DNA from: Nitrosomonas europaea | GTDB taxonomy: Bacteria > Pseudomonadota > Gammaproteobacteria > Burkholderiales > Nitrosomonadaceae | Length of the DNA: 25,839 nt | Assembly (NCBI RefSeq): GCF_900167395.1 | Contig: NZ_FUWK01000037.1 | Span: forward strand, 1 to 25,839 | Direction: 5' to 3' | Shown here: one piece after another, positions 8,492 to 17,342 of the stretch | Numbering within the stretch: the stretch's first letter is position 1 | Layout: each line of letters opens with the position of its first letter | Position numbers and translations under genes: made by a program | The notes under the pieces: generated by a model | Told to the model about the DNA's origin: nothing | Databases searched by the model: none | What the model saw: the letters and a program-made list of their open reading frames with translations, nothing else

Positions 8492-8540
8492 TCGCTTTTC
8501 TGCTCTGGAAATACTCGGTAAATGATCGCCTCAACCAGTC

Positions 8541-9257
8541 TCACAAGTAGTAGCGCTTCACCGGTACAAGTGAGTGATCGAGCTCATAACAAAGCGGATG
8601 GCCAGTAGTAATCGACAGGCGCATGATCTGTGCGCCTGTCAGCCCTTCAAGCTGCATAACCAGCGTTTTTAAAAGATTCTGGTGCGAGACGATCAGCAAA
8701 CGTTTCCCCTGCCTTATTTCAGGAAGAATGGTTTCCTGCCATAGCGGCCGCACTCGCTCCAATGTCTGCTGCATACTTTCTGCCAAGGGAAGTTGAGTGC
8801 GATCGACTGCCGCATAACGTGGCTGATTTACCGGTGCACGCGGGTCATCCGGCATCAGCAGTGGAGGCGCTGCATCAAAACGGATCTGGCTTTTCATTGT
8901 CGACCAGATACCGAATTTCCGGATAGCAGCCCAGGGGCGCATCCCCTCCAATGCACCATAATGACGTTCATTCAGTCGCCAGGTCCGGTATGTCGAGAGA
9001 TGATTCAAACCCATGACTGACTGCACTATAGCGAGTGTATCGCTGGCACGCTGCAATTCTGAACAAAAGCAGGCATCAAAAGTAAAACCTGCCTGCTTGA
9101 GCAGATGGCCCGCTCTCAGGGCTTCCTGTTCACCCTGCGGGCTAAGTACGATATCACCCCAGCCCGTAAAATGCCTGTCCTGATTCCAGATACTTTGCCC
9201 ATGGCGAAGTAATACCAGCCGGATTGGTTCCTGTATTTCGTTCACAAACGATTGCAA
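8541..9257 (-). CDS. gpmA: 2,3-bisphosphoglycerate-dependent phosphoglycerate mutase family (histidine phosphatase).
   Basis: The catalytic block is LVLLRHGQSIWNQDRHFTGWGD. WRLNERHYGALEG, PLAESMQQTLERVRPLWQETILP, the second catalytic His region IVSHQNLLKTL, and the C-terminal PVKRYYL are collinear with E. coli GpmA. The start is ambiguous (TTG 9257 or GTG 9245). Confidence 0.8.
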   Translation of the reverse strand: MQSFVNEIQEPIRLVLLRHGQSIWNQDRHFTGWGDIVLSPQGEQEALRAGHLLKQAGFTFDACFCSELQRASDTLAIVQSVMGLNHLSTYRTWRLNERHYGALEGMRPWAAIRKFGIWSTMKSQIRFDAAPPLLMPDDPRAPVNQPRYAAVDRTQLPLAESMQQTLERVRPLWQETILPEIRQGKRLLIVSHQNLLKTLVMQLEGLTGAQIMRLSITTGHPLCYELDHSLVPVKRYYL

Positions 9258-9291
9258 CCTTTCTGAAGCAAGGAAGATAAAGCGGTAAACA

Positions 9292-10353
9292 TCAGCTCTG
9301 CGTATTATTTTTATTTGCAGCTGCTGCAGCGGATTCCTGCCAGATTTGCTTCAGCGCATGCCCTAATCCATTTCGGCGTGTTTGCATGATCAGATCATTC
9401 CCGCCCAATTCCTGCACAAGCCGTCTATGCGCCTTACCAAGATTATGATATGGCAGGCTCATGAAAAGATGATGTGTGGCATGGTAACGCAGCCCGACAG
9501 GTGCCCATAATGCAGTCAAAAAATTACCGGGAATATTGACGGAATCAAGATATTGTTCGACCAGAGTAAGACTGTGATCACCCTCATGACGGTAAGCATG
9601 CGCAGCCAGAGTACGCAATGAGTTCATAATGAAAATGGCAACGGCAACGGCGTACCAGAGCAGCAATACCTGCCAGGGCAACTTTCCCAGCATTACACTA
9701 CTTATGACAATTGCCGCAAATAAAAACGCCGCCCATTCCTGTAGCCGCCAATCATGATCATTACGAACAGCATCCGCCTGGCGAATATAAGCAGGGTTGA
9801 TCGTCAACGAAGAAGCTCGTTCCCAAACGATTTTCCGCAATGGTGGAATCAGATACGAAATCGGCGTCAGCAATAAAAACCGCACTACCAGCAGCAGCGG
9901 CAGAATGAGCGAAAGCAGCACGTACCCTACCAATCCTGATGGATGCTGCGTGGCAAAGGGAAGATATTCTCCATCCTTGCCGGTGCCGTAAATCCCGGGT
10001 TTATGATGGTCGTAATGGACACCATCATAGGTGAAAGACGGGATCATGAAGGGAATGCCACAAGTCAGGTTCCATACCAGCCGGAACAATTTGAACGTTC
10101 CACGTTCGAGATGGGCAAGTTCATGAATGAAAATCGCAGCACGATAAAAAGCAAACACAGCCACGCAATAAGACAATATCTGCCAGATGGAAAGCCAGGA
10201 TGTATGAAGTGCGACAGCAAAAGCTGTCCACCCCAGTACGATATGAAACAGAAAATCCAGCCAGTAAATTCTGGGGTCGGGTGTCATCAGATCACGCACC
10301 AGTGCACGTGCTTCGTACAAGGGGAAATTGGCCTGTGTCGTGTTATCAGCCAT
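9292..10353 (-). CDS. Membrane fatty-acid desaturase/hydroxylase-family di-iron protein.
   Basis: It has three His boxes (HELAH, HYDHH, HATHH) and several hydrophobic helices. It starts 13 nt after the HIT gene stop. Confidence 0.85.
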   Translation of the reverse strand: MADNTTQANFPLYEARALVRDLMTPDPRIYWLDFLFHIVLGWTAFAVALHTSWLSIWQILSYCVAVFAFYRAAIFIHELAHLERGTFKLFRLVWNLTCGIPFMIPSFTYDGVHYDHHKPGIYGTGKDGEYLPFATQHPSGLVGYVLLSLILPLLLVVRFLLLTPISYLIPPLRKIVWERASSLTINPAYIRQADAVRNDHDWRLQEWAAFLFAAIVISSVMLGKLPWQVLLLWYAVAVAIFIMNSLRTLAAHAYRHEGDHSLTLVEQYLDSVNIPGNFLTALWAPVGLRYHATHHLFMSLPYHNLGKAHRRLVQELGGNDLIMQTRRNGLGHALKQIWQESAAAAANKNNTQS

Positions 10354-10366
10354 GGCAATACATTTT

Positions 10367-10816
10367 TCAGGAACATTCCCAGCAGGAGATCAGATGCTCG
10401 ATGATCTGCTGGTTCATTTCTTTATCGGTTTCATTGATTCTGCTGAAATCGGGTACGCCCGGCCAACCGGCATCAAGAAAGGTTTTGCCGGCAAATTCTC
10501 TGGCCTGTGCATAACGGGGAATGACATGAAAATGGACATCGGGATCGACCATCATCAGCATCAGGTAATTCAATTTGTCGTACTGAAAAGCCTTTTTTAA
10601 AGCAGTGTCGATCTTGCCGGTCACAATCTGCAATTCTGCAAAACTGGTGCTACTCAATGCAGAAAAACTTTGTACCGGTTCATGCGCGACCAGGACCAGA
10701 GCACCCAAGGTAAGCTGTGCCGGGCGTAACAGCACGCTCCAGTACTGAAACTGGCAGATAACCGTATCAGGTGCACCAAATTTCTGCATGGTGCCATTGA
10801 ATATCTCCACGCTCAT
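10367..10816 (-). CDS. HIT-superfamily nucleotide hydrolase/transferase-like protein.
   Basis: The histidine-triad-like motif DVHFHVIPRY sits in the correct C-terminal position and is preceded by NYLMLMM. The length is 149 aa. The triad is degenerate (HxHx rather than HxHxHxx). Confidence 0.7.
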   Translation of the reverse strand: MSVEIFNGTMQKFGAPDTVICQFQYWSVLLRPAQLTLGALVLVAHEPVQSFSALSSTSFAELQIVTGKIDTALKKAFQYDKLNYLMLMMVDPDVHFHVIPRYAQAREFAGKTFLDAGWPGVPDFSRINETDKEMNQQIIEHLISCWECS

Positions 10817-10831
10817 CGTCTTTCCTTCAGA

Positions 10832-11647
10832 TCAGCCAGGTACGCGTAACAATTGATCAGACCGGGGTTGATCTGCAGCATCCGTTTCCTTGCAGGCAAA
10901 ATATTTTTCTGCTTTCTGCAAATCCTGAATGAAGTCGATTTCACACCAGCGGCTTCCGGCAACCGAGTAACCGTTTACCACACCCTGCCTGGCCAGCGCA
11001 CTGATGATCGCCAGATACCACGATCCGAGTTTTTCCGGTTCACGCAATGCCTGCTCCACTGCTTCACGAAAAAGTCGGGCACCTTCCTTACTGAAACGAA
11101 TCAGGCCAATCGATTCTGCATCCATTTCCCCGGCAGACAACTTCTTGCTGACCTGCCTGACCTGATTTTGCGGACCGAGCTGCACTTTCATATCATCGTC
11201 ATCGAATTCTGCTTTGAAGTCGATACACAGGTTGATCGGCGCTGTTTGTGTGTGTAACAAGCCTGGCAACAGATCATCTCCCAGCAATGTATCTCCGTTG
11301 AGTAACAGAAAACCGGTATGCATTTCGTTTCGCGCAATCCAGCAACTGGCCAGATTATCCGCCACCTCATAAAAGGGATTGAACAAAACCCGGATATTTG
11401 AACGATCATGGTAGCGCTCGGCAATCAACGCCTCTACCTTGCCGATCTGAAAACCGGCCACAATCACAATCTCCTCGATGCCGTTGGCCAGTAATGCATC
11501 GATCTGCCAGGCGATGACCGGTTTACCGGCTACCGGTAACAGGCATTTGGGTGTATTTTCAGTCAGGGGTAACAGCCGTCTGCCCTGCCCTGCACTCAAA
11601 ATGATTGCCCTGGCGGGGAAATCGTCCCCTCGTTCAGTTATTTTCAT
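10832..11647 (-). CDS. LicC-like nucleotidyltransferase (sugar-phosphate / phospho-alcohol cytidylyltransferase family).
   Basis: The N-terminal NTP-binding loop is AIILSAGQGRRLLPLTENTPKCLLPVAGKPVI. It also has LLLNGDTLL and the C-terminal WCEIDFIQDL typical of LicC-like enzymes. The ATG at 11647 is preferred to the TTG at 11662. Confidence 0.85.
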   Translation of the reverse strand: MKITERGDDFPARAIILSAGQGRRLLPLTENTPKCLLPVAGKPVIAWQIDALLANGIEEIVIVAGFQIGKVEALIAERYHDRSNIRVLFNPFYEVADNLASCWIARNEMHTGFLLLNGDTLLGDDLLPGLLHTQTAPINLCIDFKAEFDDDDMKVQLGPQNQVRQVSKKLSAGEMDAESIGLIRFSKEGARLFREAVEQALREPEKLGSWYLAIISALARQGVVNGYSVAGSRWCEIDFIQDLQKAEKYFACKETDAADQPRSDQLLRVPG

Positions 11648-11682
11648 ACCCGAGTCATTCAATTACGATTTCCTTTTTGTGT

Positions 11683-12843
11683 TCACACATTGAATAGCGC
11701 GCTCATATTCTTCAATTCGTCAGTGATATGCTTCACTGCCGCAAGAAAAGAATCGACCTCCGCCATCGTATTATCCATCCCCAGGCTTACGCGCACCGCA
11801 CATCTCGCCACGATCGGCGGTACATTCATCGCTTCCAGCACATGACTTTTCCCCGGTGTTGCGCTGGAACAGGCTGCTCCGCTGGCCACCGAAAATCCCT
11901 TCTTATCCAGACGGACTACCAGTGTATCGCCCTCGATATCCGGCAACGCAAAATAACAGGTATTGGGCAAACGGGGGGCATTCAATCCGAATACCGTAGC
12001 GCCCATTGCCAGCAGACCATGTTCAAGTCGATCACGTAACATTGCTGTTTTCACTGACGACTCTGCCATTCTCGACATGGCGAGCTCACAGGCAGCGCCA
12101 AATCCGACGATGGCCGGAACATTCTCGGTGCCGGAGCGCAATCCGTTCTCATGCCCTCCGCCATCGATAAGGGGCCTGACTGGCAAGCGCGGATCGATGA
12201 TCAGCGCTGCCGCCCCCTTGGGTCCGTAAATCTTGTGTGCAGACAACGTCAGGGCATGTACACCAAGTTCAGTAAAATTCACCGGAATTTTACCAAATGC
12301 CTGCACAGCATCCGTATGCATCCAGGCCCCCTGCGCTCTTGCAACTTCAGCAACCGGGGCAACCTCCTGAATCACACCGGTTTCATTATTCGCCAGCATC
12401 ATTGAAACCATGGCAGACCTGGTTGCGGTAAGTACATCAACAGCATCATTCACCTTGACCCGTCCTGCAGCATCCACCGCCAGATAATGCAGTTGCCATT
12501 TTTCACCATTTTTCCTTGTCAGCCCCCGTGCAGGACGCATGATGCAAGGATGCTCGATCGTACTGACAGCCAGCACAGAAGGTTTCAGACTATCCGACAC
12601 ACCCCGAATAAACAGATTGTTTGCCTCTGAACCGCCACTGGTAAAAATAACCTGTGCAGGCTGGACACCCACAGCCTGAGCCACCTGTTCACGTGCACGA
12701 TCGATTGCCCGGCGAGCTGCCAATCCAACAGAATGACTGCTGGATGCGTTGCCATAATATTCACGAAAATACGGCAACATCCTATCCAGTACTGCATCAT
12801 CCACTTTGGTAGTGGCGTTATGATCGAAATAGATCTGAGTCAT
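11683..12843 (-). CDS. NifS/IscS-type cysteine desulfurase (class V PLP enzyme).
   Basis: The track ORF is trimmed to MTQIYFDHNATT (ATG 12843). The PLP lysine motif is SAHKIYGPKGAAAL. Other motifs are GGHENGLRSGTENVPAIVGFG and the active-site Cys loop SGAACSS. The track's 64-aa N-terminal extension has no homology signal. Confidence 0.9.
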   Translation of the reverse strand: MTQIYFDHNATTKVDDAVLDRMLPYFREYYGNASSSHSVGLAARRAIDRAREQVAQAVGVQPAQVIFTSGGSEANNLFIRGVSDSLKPSVLAVSTIEHPCIMRPARGLTRKNGEKWQLHYLAVDAAGRVKVNDAVDVLTATRSAMVSMMLANNETGVIQEVAPVAEVARAQGAWMHTDAVQAFGKIPVNFTELGVHALTLSAHKIYGPKGAAALIIDPRLPVRPLIDGGGHENGLRSGTENVPAIVGFGAACELAMSRMAESSVKTAMLRDRLEHGLLAMGATVFGLNAPRLPNTCYFALPDIEGDTLVVRLDKKGFSVASGAACSSATPGKSHVLEAMNVPPIVARCAVRVSLGMDNTMAEVDSFLAAVKHITDELKNMSALFNV

Positions 12844-13211
12844 GAGACATACTAACCGGCAGATATGCCAAAGATCCATCCTGATCCATCCGGCAGATCC
12901 CTGGTACTGAAAACGATAAAGGATGAGTATATTGAAAATTACAAGCCACGGATATGATCTCTCGAAAATACCCGCCTCAAATTGAATCGATACCTGGCCA
13001 AATCCCTGATTTTTTCTAGCTGGCAGGAGGAGCAAAACACCCGTGCTGATTCACATATGCAAATTATTCAATGAATAGAGTAATCAGGCAATCAGCAAAG
13101 ATTAACTGACTCCGTTACAATACCTTGATTTGATTTGGCAAGCCTTTTATTAAAGAGTAAAATTGCCGGCTAGTTGGATATATGGATTAATTTTCGAGCA
13201 GGAGAATGTAA

Positions 13212-13481
13212 ATGGCAGTAACAACCGATCAAAAGAGTCAGGTCATGCGGGATTATCAGAGAGCAGCAGGAGATACCGGCTCACCAGAGGTGCAGGTGGC
13301 TCTTCTGACGACGCGAATCAACAGTCTGGTCGATCACTTCAAGCAACATGTCAAAGATCATCATTCCCGTCGTGGCTTGCTGCGCATGGTCAGCCGCAGA
13401 CGCAAACTGCTTGACTATCTGAAATCAAAAAACAACGACAGCTATCGCGCCCTGATCGAACGACTTGGTTTGAGAAAATAG
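13212..13481 (+). CDS. rpsO: 30S ribosomal protein S15.
   Basis: The 89-aa protein contains [51 protein letters not shown], the canonical S15 sequence. A GGAG Shine-Dalgarno lies upstream. Confidence 0.97.
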   Translation: MAVTTDQKSQVMRDYQRAAGDTGSPEVQVALLTTRINSLVDHFKQHVKDHHSRRGLLRMVSRRRKLLDYLKSKNNDSYRALIERLGLRK

Positions 13482-13675
13482 GACACATATCCTGTGGGGA
13501 GTGCATATACCGTACCCCCTTCCACCAATCATCGCAGATGACTGCGAGGCTGTAAAACAACATACCCGGTTGAGCCTCTTCACGCAAAACCGAATGACTC
13601 CGGCTGTCCGCAGCTGAATGCGAGTTTGCAGTTATAGTTACCTTGGGCATGACTTGACCAGAGAAGGATTATTAA
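13482..13675 (+). promoter_or_regulatory. rpsO-pnp intergenic leader, a probable processing/autoregulatory region.
   Basis: This is a 194-nt untranslated spacer with a perfect 6-bp hairpin (TCGCAG-ATGA-CTGCGA, 13532..13547) and no clear T-tract terminator. In E. coli the equivalent leader is the target of RNase III/PNPase autoregulation. The function here is assumed by analogy only. Confidence 0.3.
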
Positions 13676-15802
13676 TTGAAGCCAATAAAAAAAAGTATAA
13701 CCTACGGACGCCATACACTCACCATTGAAACCGGAGAAATTGCCAAACAGGCACATGGTGCAGTCATTGTTTCCATGGATGATACGGTTGTACTGGTGAC
13801 TGCAGTAGGCGATAAAAAAACCAAACCCGGACAGGATTTCTTCCCGCTCACCGTAGATTACCAGGAGAAGTTTTATTCTGCCGGCCGTATTCCAGGAAGT
13901 TTTTTCAAACGTGAAGGCCGCCCTTCCGAAAAGGAAACACTGACCTCCCGGCTGATCGATCGACCGATACGCCCGCTTTTCCCCGATGGCTTTTATAACG
14001 AAGTACAAGTCGTTGCCATGGTGCTGTCATCCGATACTGAAATCGATGCTGACATTCCTGCAATGATCGGTACCTCAGCAGCGCTGATACTCTCGGGTAT
14101 CCCTTTCGATGGTCCGGTCGGTGCAGCGCGGGTGGGTTATATCAATAATGAATATATTCTCAATCCGACCACTACCCAGCTCAAGGAATCTCAACTCAAT
14201 CTTGTGGTAGCCGGCACGCAGAAAGCGGTGCTGATGGTTGAATCGGAAGCCGATGAGCTTTCTGAAGATGTCATGCTCGGTGCTGTGACATACGGGCATG
14301 ATCAGATGCAGCAAGTGATCGACATGATCAATGAACTGGCTGATGAAGCAGGTGTAACTGCCTGGGATTGGCAGCCGGCAGAACAGGATTTATCACTGGT
14401 CGAAAAAGTTACCCAACTGGCTGAAGCTGATCTGCGCAATGCATTCCGGCTGAAACAAAAATCAGCCAGAGTCGAAGCAATCAATGAGATCTGGCAGCGT
14501 GTATTCACCGAGTTGAAAGTGGGTACAGAGGAAGGCCCCAGTGAACAGGCAGTCAGAGAAATTGGTTTTGCGCTTGAAGCCAGAATAGTACGTAACAGTA
14601 TTCTTGATGGGGAATCCCGGATCGATGGTCGTGGCACCCGCACCGTTCGGCCAATCACTATTCGCCATGGTGTATTGCCGCGCACTCACGGTTCTGCGCT
14701 GTTCACACGGGGAGAAACACAAGCACTTGCAATCACCACGCTGGGAACAGCACGCGATGAACAAAAAATAGACGCACTCCAGGGAGATTATTCCGAACGT
14801 TTCATGCTTCACTACAACATGCCTCCTTTCGCCACGGGCGAAACCGGAAGGGTAGGAACCCCCAAACGGCGTGAAATCGGTCATGGACGGCTGGCCAAGC
14901 GTGCTCTGCTGGCAGTGATACCACCAGTGGAAGAATTCGGTTATTCGATGCGCGTGGTCTCGGAAGTGACTGAATCAAACGGCTCCAGCTCGATGGCATC
15001 TGTCTGTGGTGGATGTCTTTCACTCATGGATGCAGGTGTTCCACTGAAAGCACATGTAGCCGGCATCGCCATGGGATTGATCAAGGAAGGCAACCGGTTT
15101 GCCGTGCTGACCGACATTCTCGGCGACGAAGATCACCTGGGTGATATGGATTTCAAGGTGGCGGGTACCGAACACGGCATCACTGCCCTGCAAATGGATA
15201 TAAAAATTCAGGGGATCACGAAGGAAATCATGCAGGTTGCTCTGCTCCAGGCAAAGGAAGGGCGTCTGCATATTCTGGAAATCATGAAACAATCTCTTCC
15301 AATTGCAAGAGAAAGTATCTCGGTCCATGCTCCGCGCATCATCAAATTCAAGATCAACCCGGAAAAGATCCGTGATGTCATCGGTAAAGGCGGTGCAGTG
15401 ATTCGTGCGCTAACCGAAGAAACCGGAACGACCATCGATATTTCCGATGATGGTTCCGTGACGATTGCCTGTGTCAGCAGTGAAGGTGGAGAACAAGCGA
15501 GAAAACGTATCGAAGATATCACTGCAGATGTCGAAGTCGGAAGGATTTACGAAGGAACTGTTCTCAAATTGCTTGATTTTGGCGCCATTGTCAGCGTTCT
15601 TCCGGGGAAAGATGGATTGCTCCATATTTCCCAGATTGCCAATGAACGGGTCGAAAATGTTGCTGACCATCTCAAAGAAGGACAGACCGTTCGTGTCAAA
15701 GTACTGGAAGCAGATGAAAAAGGCCGGCTGCGACTCAGTATGAAAGCAGCCAGTATCAGCACAGAAATAACTGCAGACAATCCGGACAACACTGAAAAAT
15801 AA
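13676..15802 (+). CDS. pnp: Polyribonucleotide nucleotidyltransferase (PNPase).
   Basis: The 708-aa protein has two RNase PH domains ([30 protein letters not shown]; [16 protein letters not shown]), a KH domain ([15 protein letters not shown]) and an S1 domain ([18 protein letters not shown]). It uses a TTG start with a GAAGGA Shine-Dalgarno, as E. coli pnp uses UUG. Confidence 0.97.
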   Translation: MKPIKKSITYGRHTLTIETGEIAKQAHGAVIVSMDDTVVLVTAVGDKKTKPGQDFFPLTVDYQEKFYSAGRIPGSFFKREGRPSEKETLTSRLIDRPIRPLFPDGFYNEVQVVAMVLSSDTEIDADIPAMIGTSAALILSGIPFDGPVGAARVGYINNEYILNPTTTQLKESQLNLVVAGTQKAVLMVESEADELSEDVMLGAVTYGHDQMQQVIDMINELADEAGVTAWDWQPAEQDLSLVEKVTQLAEADLRNAFRLKQKSARVEAINEIWQRVFTELKVGTEEGPSEQAVREIGFALEARIVRNSILDGESRIDGRGTRTVRPITIRHGVLPRTHGSALFTRGETQALAITTLGTARDEQKIDALQGDYSERFMLHYNMPPFATGETGRVGTPKRREIGHGRLAKRALLAVIPPVEEFGYSMRVVSEVTESNGSSSMASVCGGCLSLMDAGVPLKAHVAGIAMGLIKEGNRFAVLTDILGDEDHLGDMDFKVAGTEHGITALQMDIKIQGITKEIMQVALLQAKEGRLHILEIMKQSLPIARESISVHAPRIIKFKINPEKIRDVIGKGGAVIRALTEETGTTIDISDDGSVTIACVSSEGGEQARKRIEDITADVEVGRIYEGTVLKLLDFGAIVSVLPGKDGLLHISQIANERVENVADHLKEGQTVRVKVLEADEKGRLRLSMKAASISTEITADNPDNTEK

Positions 15803-15988
15803 ACAGGTATCATTTTAACGAATCACGATCTGTTTTCCCCGGACAATCCCCGGAGGGTGTGCCTGTTTCATTCAGAAAACAGCATCTCCGGGAAAATTTT
15901 TCTCTCGACTCGACGATAGAACCCTGCCATCCGATTCACATACTTACCTCGATCAGATTCATATCCCATAAAAATTAAAGAGAACATA

Positions 15989-17056
15989 ATGGAAAAGAAG
16001 TTGTCAGTTTTGCTGTTTACGCTTCTGGTTTCTTTGGCGCTGGCTGCAAGAGCTGATGAAATATTGCTTAAAAATGGTGACAGAATTACCGGAACAATCA
16101 TCAACAAGACCGGTAATACTCTAGAAATAAAAACTGAATATTCAGACAAAATATCTGTCAAGTGGAGTGCAATCGAAAGTTTCAGCACGACTCAACCTGT
16201 ATTGTTGACCCTTAAAAACAAGGAAGAAATGACGGGTATGACCGAAGTTTCCCCGGATAATACGTTGAAGATCAAAAAAGAAGGTGTCTATCAGTCCGAA
16301 CCGATTCCTTTATCCGAAATTGCTGAAATCAATAAAAAATTCTTTTCCGGTCAGGTCAATGCGGGTGGTGCACTATTTTCTGGGAATACACAGCGCCAGT
16401 CTTATAATCTGAATACCGACCTCGTCGTCAGAGGAAGAGATGATCGCGTTTCCTTCGGTGGGCAGTTCAACTATGCTGACAGTAAGTCGCGGGATTCAAA
16501 CGGTCAAAAGGAAACCATACTGAACGCTCGTAATTTCCAGCTTTATGGAGACTATGCACATTTCTTCACTGATGTCTGGTATGGATACGCCCACGGCTTG
16601 TTTACCAATGACCGTCTCCAGGATATTAAATTACGATCTGCATTTGGTATTGGTGCCGGTTACCAGATTTTCGCAACAGGTGATCTCAATCTATCATTTG
16701 AGGCAGGCCCTGATTATGTAAACGTCGATTTTTACGACTACCCCTATCAGTGTGAAAAGAAACTTACAGTCGATCCTGCTGCATGCAACCGGATAAAAGA
16801 CAGAAGTAATGTGGCTGGTCGCTGGTCTACCCGCTATGACCAATGGATATGGAATCGAGCTGTACAGCTTTTCCATACACATGAAGGACTTGCGGCCAGT
16901 GATCTTTTCGTTCGTACGCGTACCGGTTTTCGCGTACCACTCTGGTATGGATTTCAATTTGTCAACGAAATTCAGGTAGACTATTATAGCAAACCGGCGC
17001 CAGGCAAGGAAAAATTTGATACCCGTTACCTGTTCAACATTGGTTACGGATTCTGA
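15989..17056 (+). CDS. DUF481-family (YdiY-like) outer-membrane beta-barrel protein.
   Basis: The signal peptide is MEKKLSVLLFTLLVSLALAARA/DE. The N-terminal LKNGDRITGTI motif is typical of DUF481. The sequence has an alternating beta-strand pattern and ends in an aromatic residue (NIGYGF). Confidence 0.8.
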   Translation: MEKKLSVLLFTLLVSLALAARADEILLKNGDRITGTIINKTGNTLEIKTEYSDKISVKWSAIESFSTTQPVLLTLKNKEEMTGMTEVSPDNTLKIKKEGVYQSEPIPLSEIAEINKKFFSGQVNAGGALFSGNTQRQSYNLNTDLVVRGRDDRVSFGGQFNYADSKSRDSNGQKETILNARNFQLYGDYAHFFTDVWYGYAHGLFTNDRLQDIKLRSAFGIGAGYQIFATGDLNLSFEAGPDYVNVDFYDYPYQCEKKLTVDPAACNRIKDRSNVAGRWSTRYDQWIWNRAVQLFHTHEGLAASDLFVRTRTGFRVPLWYGFQFVNEIQVDYYSKPAPGKEKFDTRYLFNIGYGF

Positions 17057-17109
17057 TTTTAAAACACTCCCAGCTTAATTTCTTCATTCTATCGAGACTG
17101 ATTTAGGGT

Positions 17110-17142
17110 AAAACCAGATTCCAGGAAAAATCTGGTTTTATC
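17110..17142 (+). terminator. Rho-independent terminator after the DUF481 gene.
   Basis: A perfect 10-bp stem AAAACCAGAT (17110..17119) / ATCTGGTTTT (17130..17139) encloses a 10-nt loop, and its 3' arm runs into a T tract (TTTTAT). Confidence 0.7.
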
Positions 17143-17342
17143 CCGGTCGTGTTACGGGAGAAAAGCAAGAATTACCTTGCCCACGAACCTATCTGCATGT
17201 TTGCGGTCTACGTAAGGCACTGACCATGATTTCATGGCATTCCCCAGTCCGCAAAACTGCCCGAATCTACTGCAAAGTACATGCAGAAAATATAAATGGT
17301 ACAAACTGGACTTTATATCTCCAAGATTAAAAAAGGAGTGGT

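Noticed and set aside
12844-13035. 64-aa N-terminal extension of the cysteine desulfurase ORF.
   Set aside because: Homology to NifS/IscS begins exactly at MTQIYFDHNATT. The extension is hydrophobic or aromatic nonsense lying in the divergent promoter region.
13580-14008. 142-aa minus-strand ORF overlapping the pnp 5' end, plus multiple minus-strand ORFs across pnp (14075..15813).
   Set aside because: All are antisense to an unambiguous PNPase CDS and lack motifs or an RBS.
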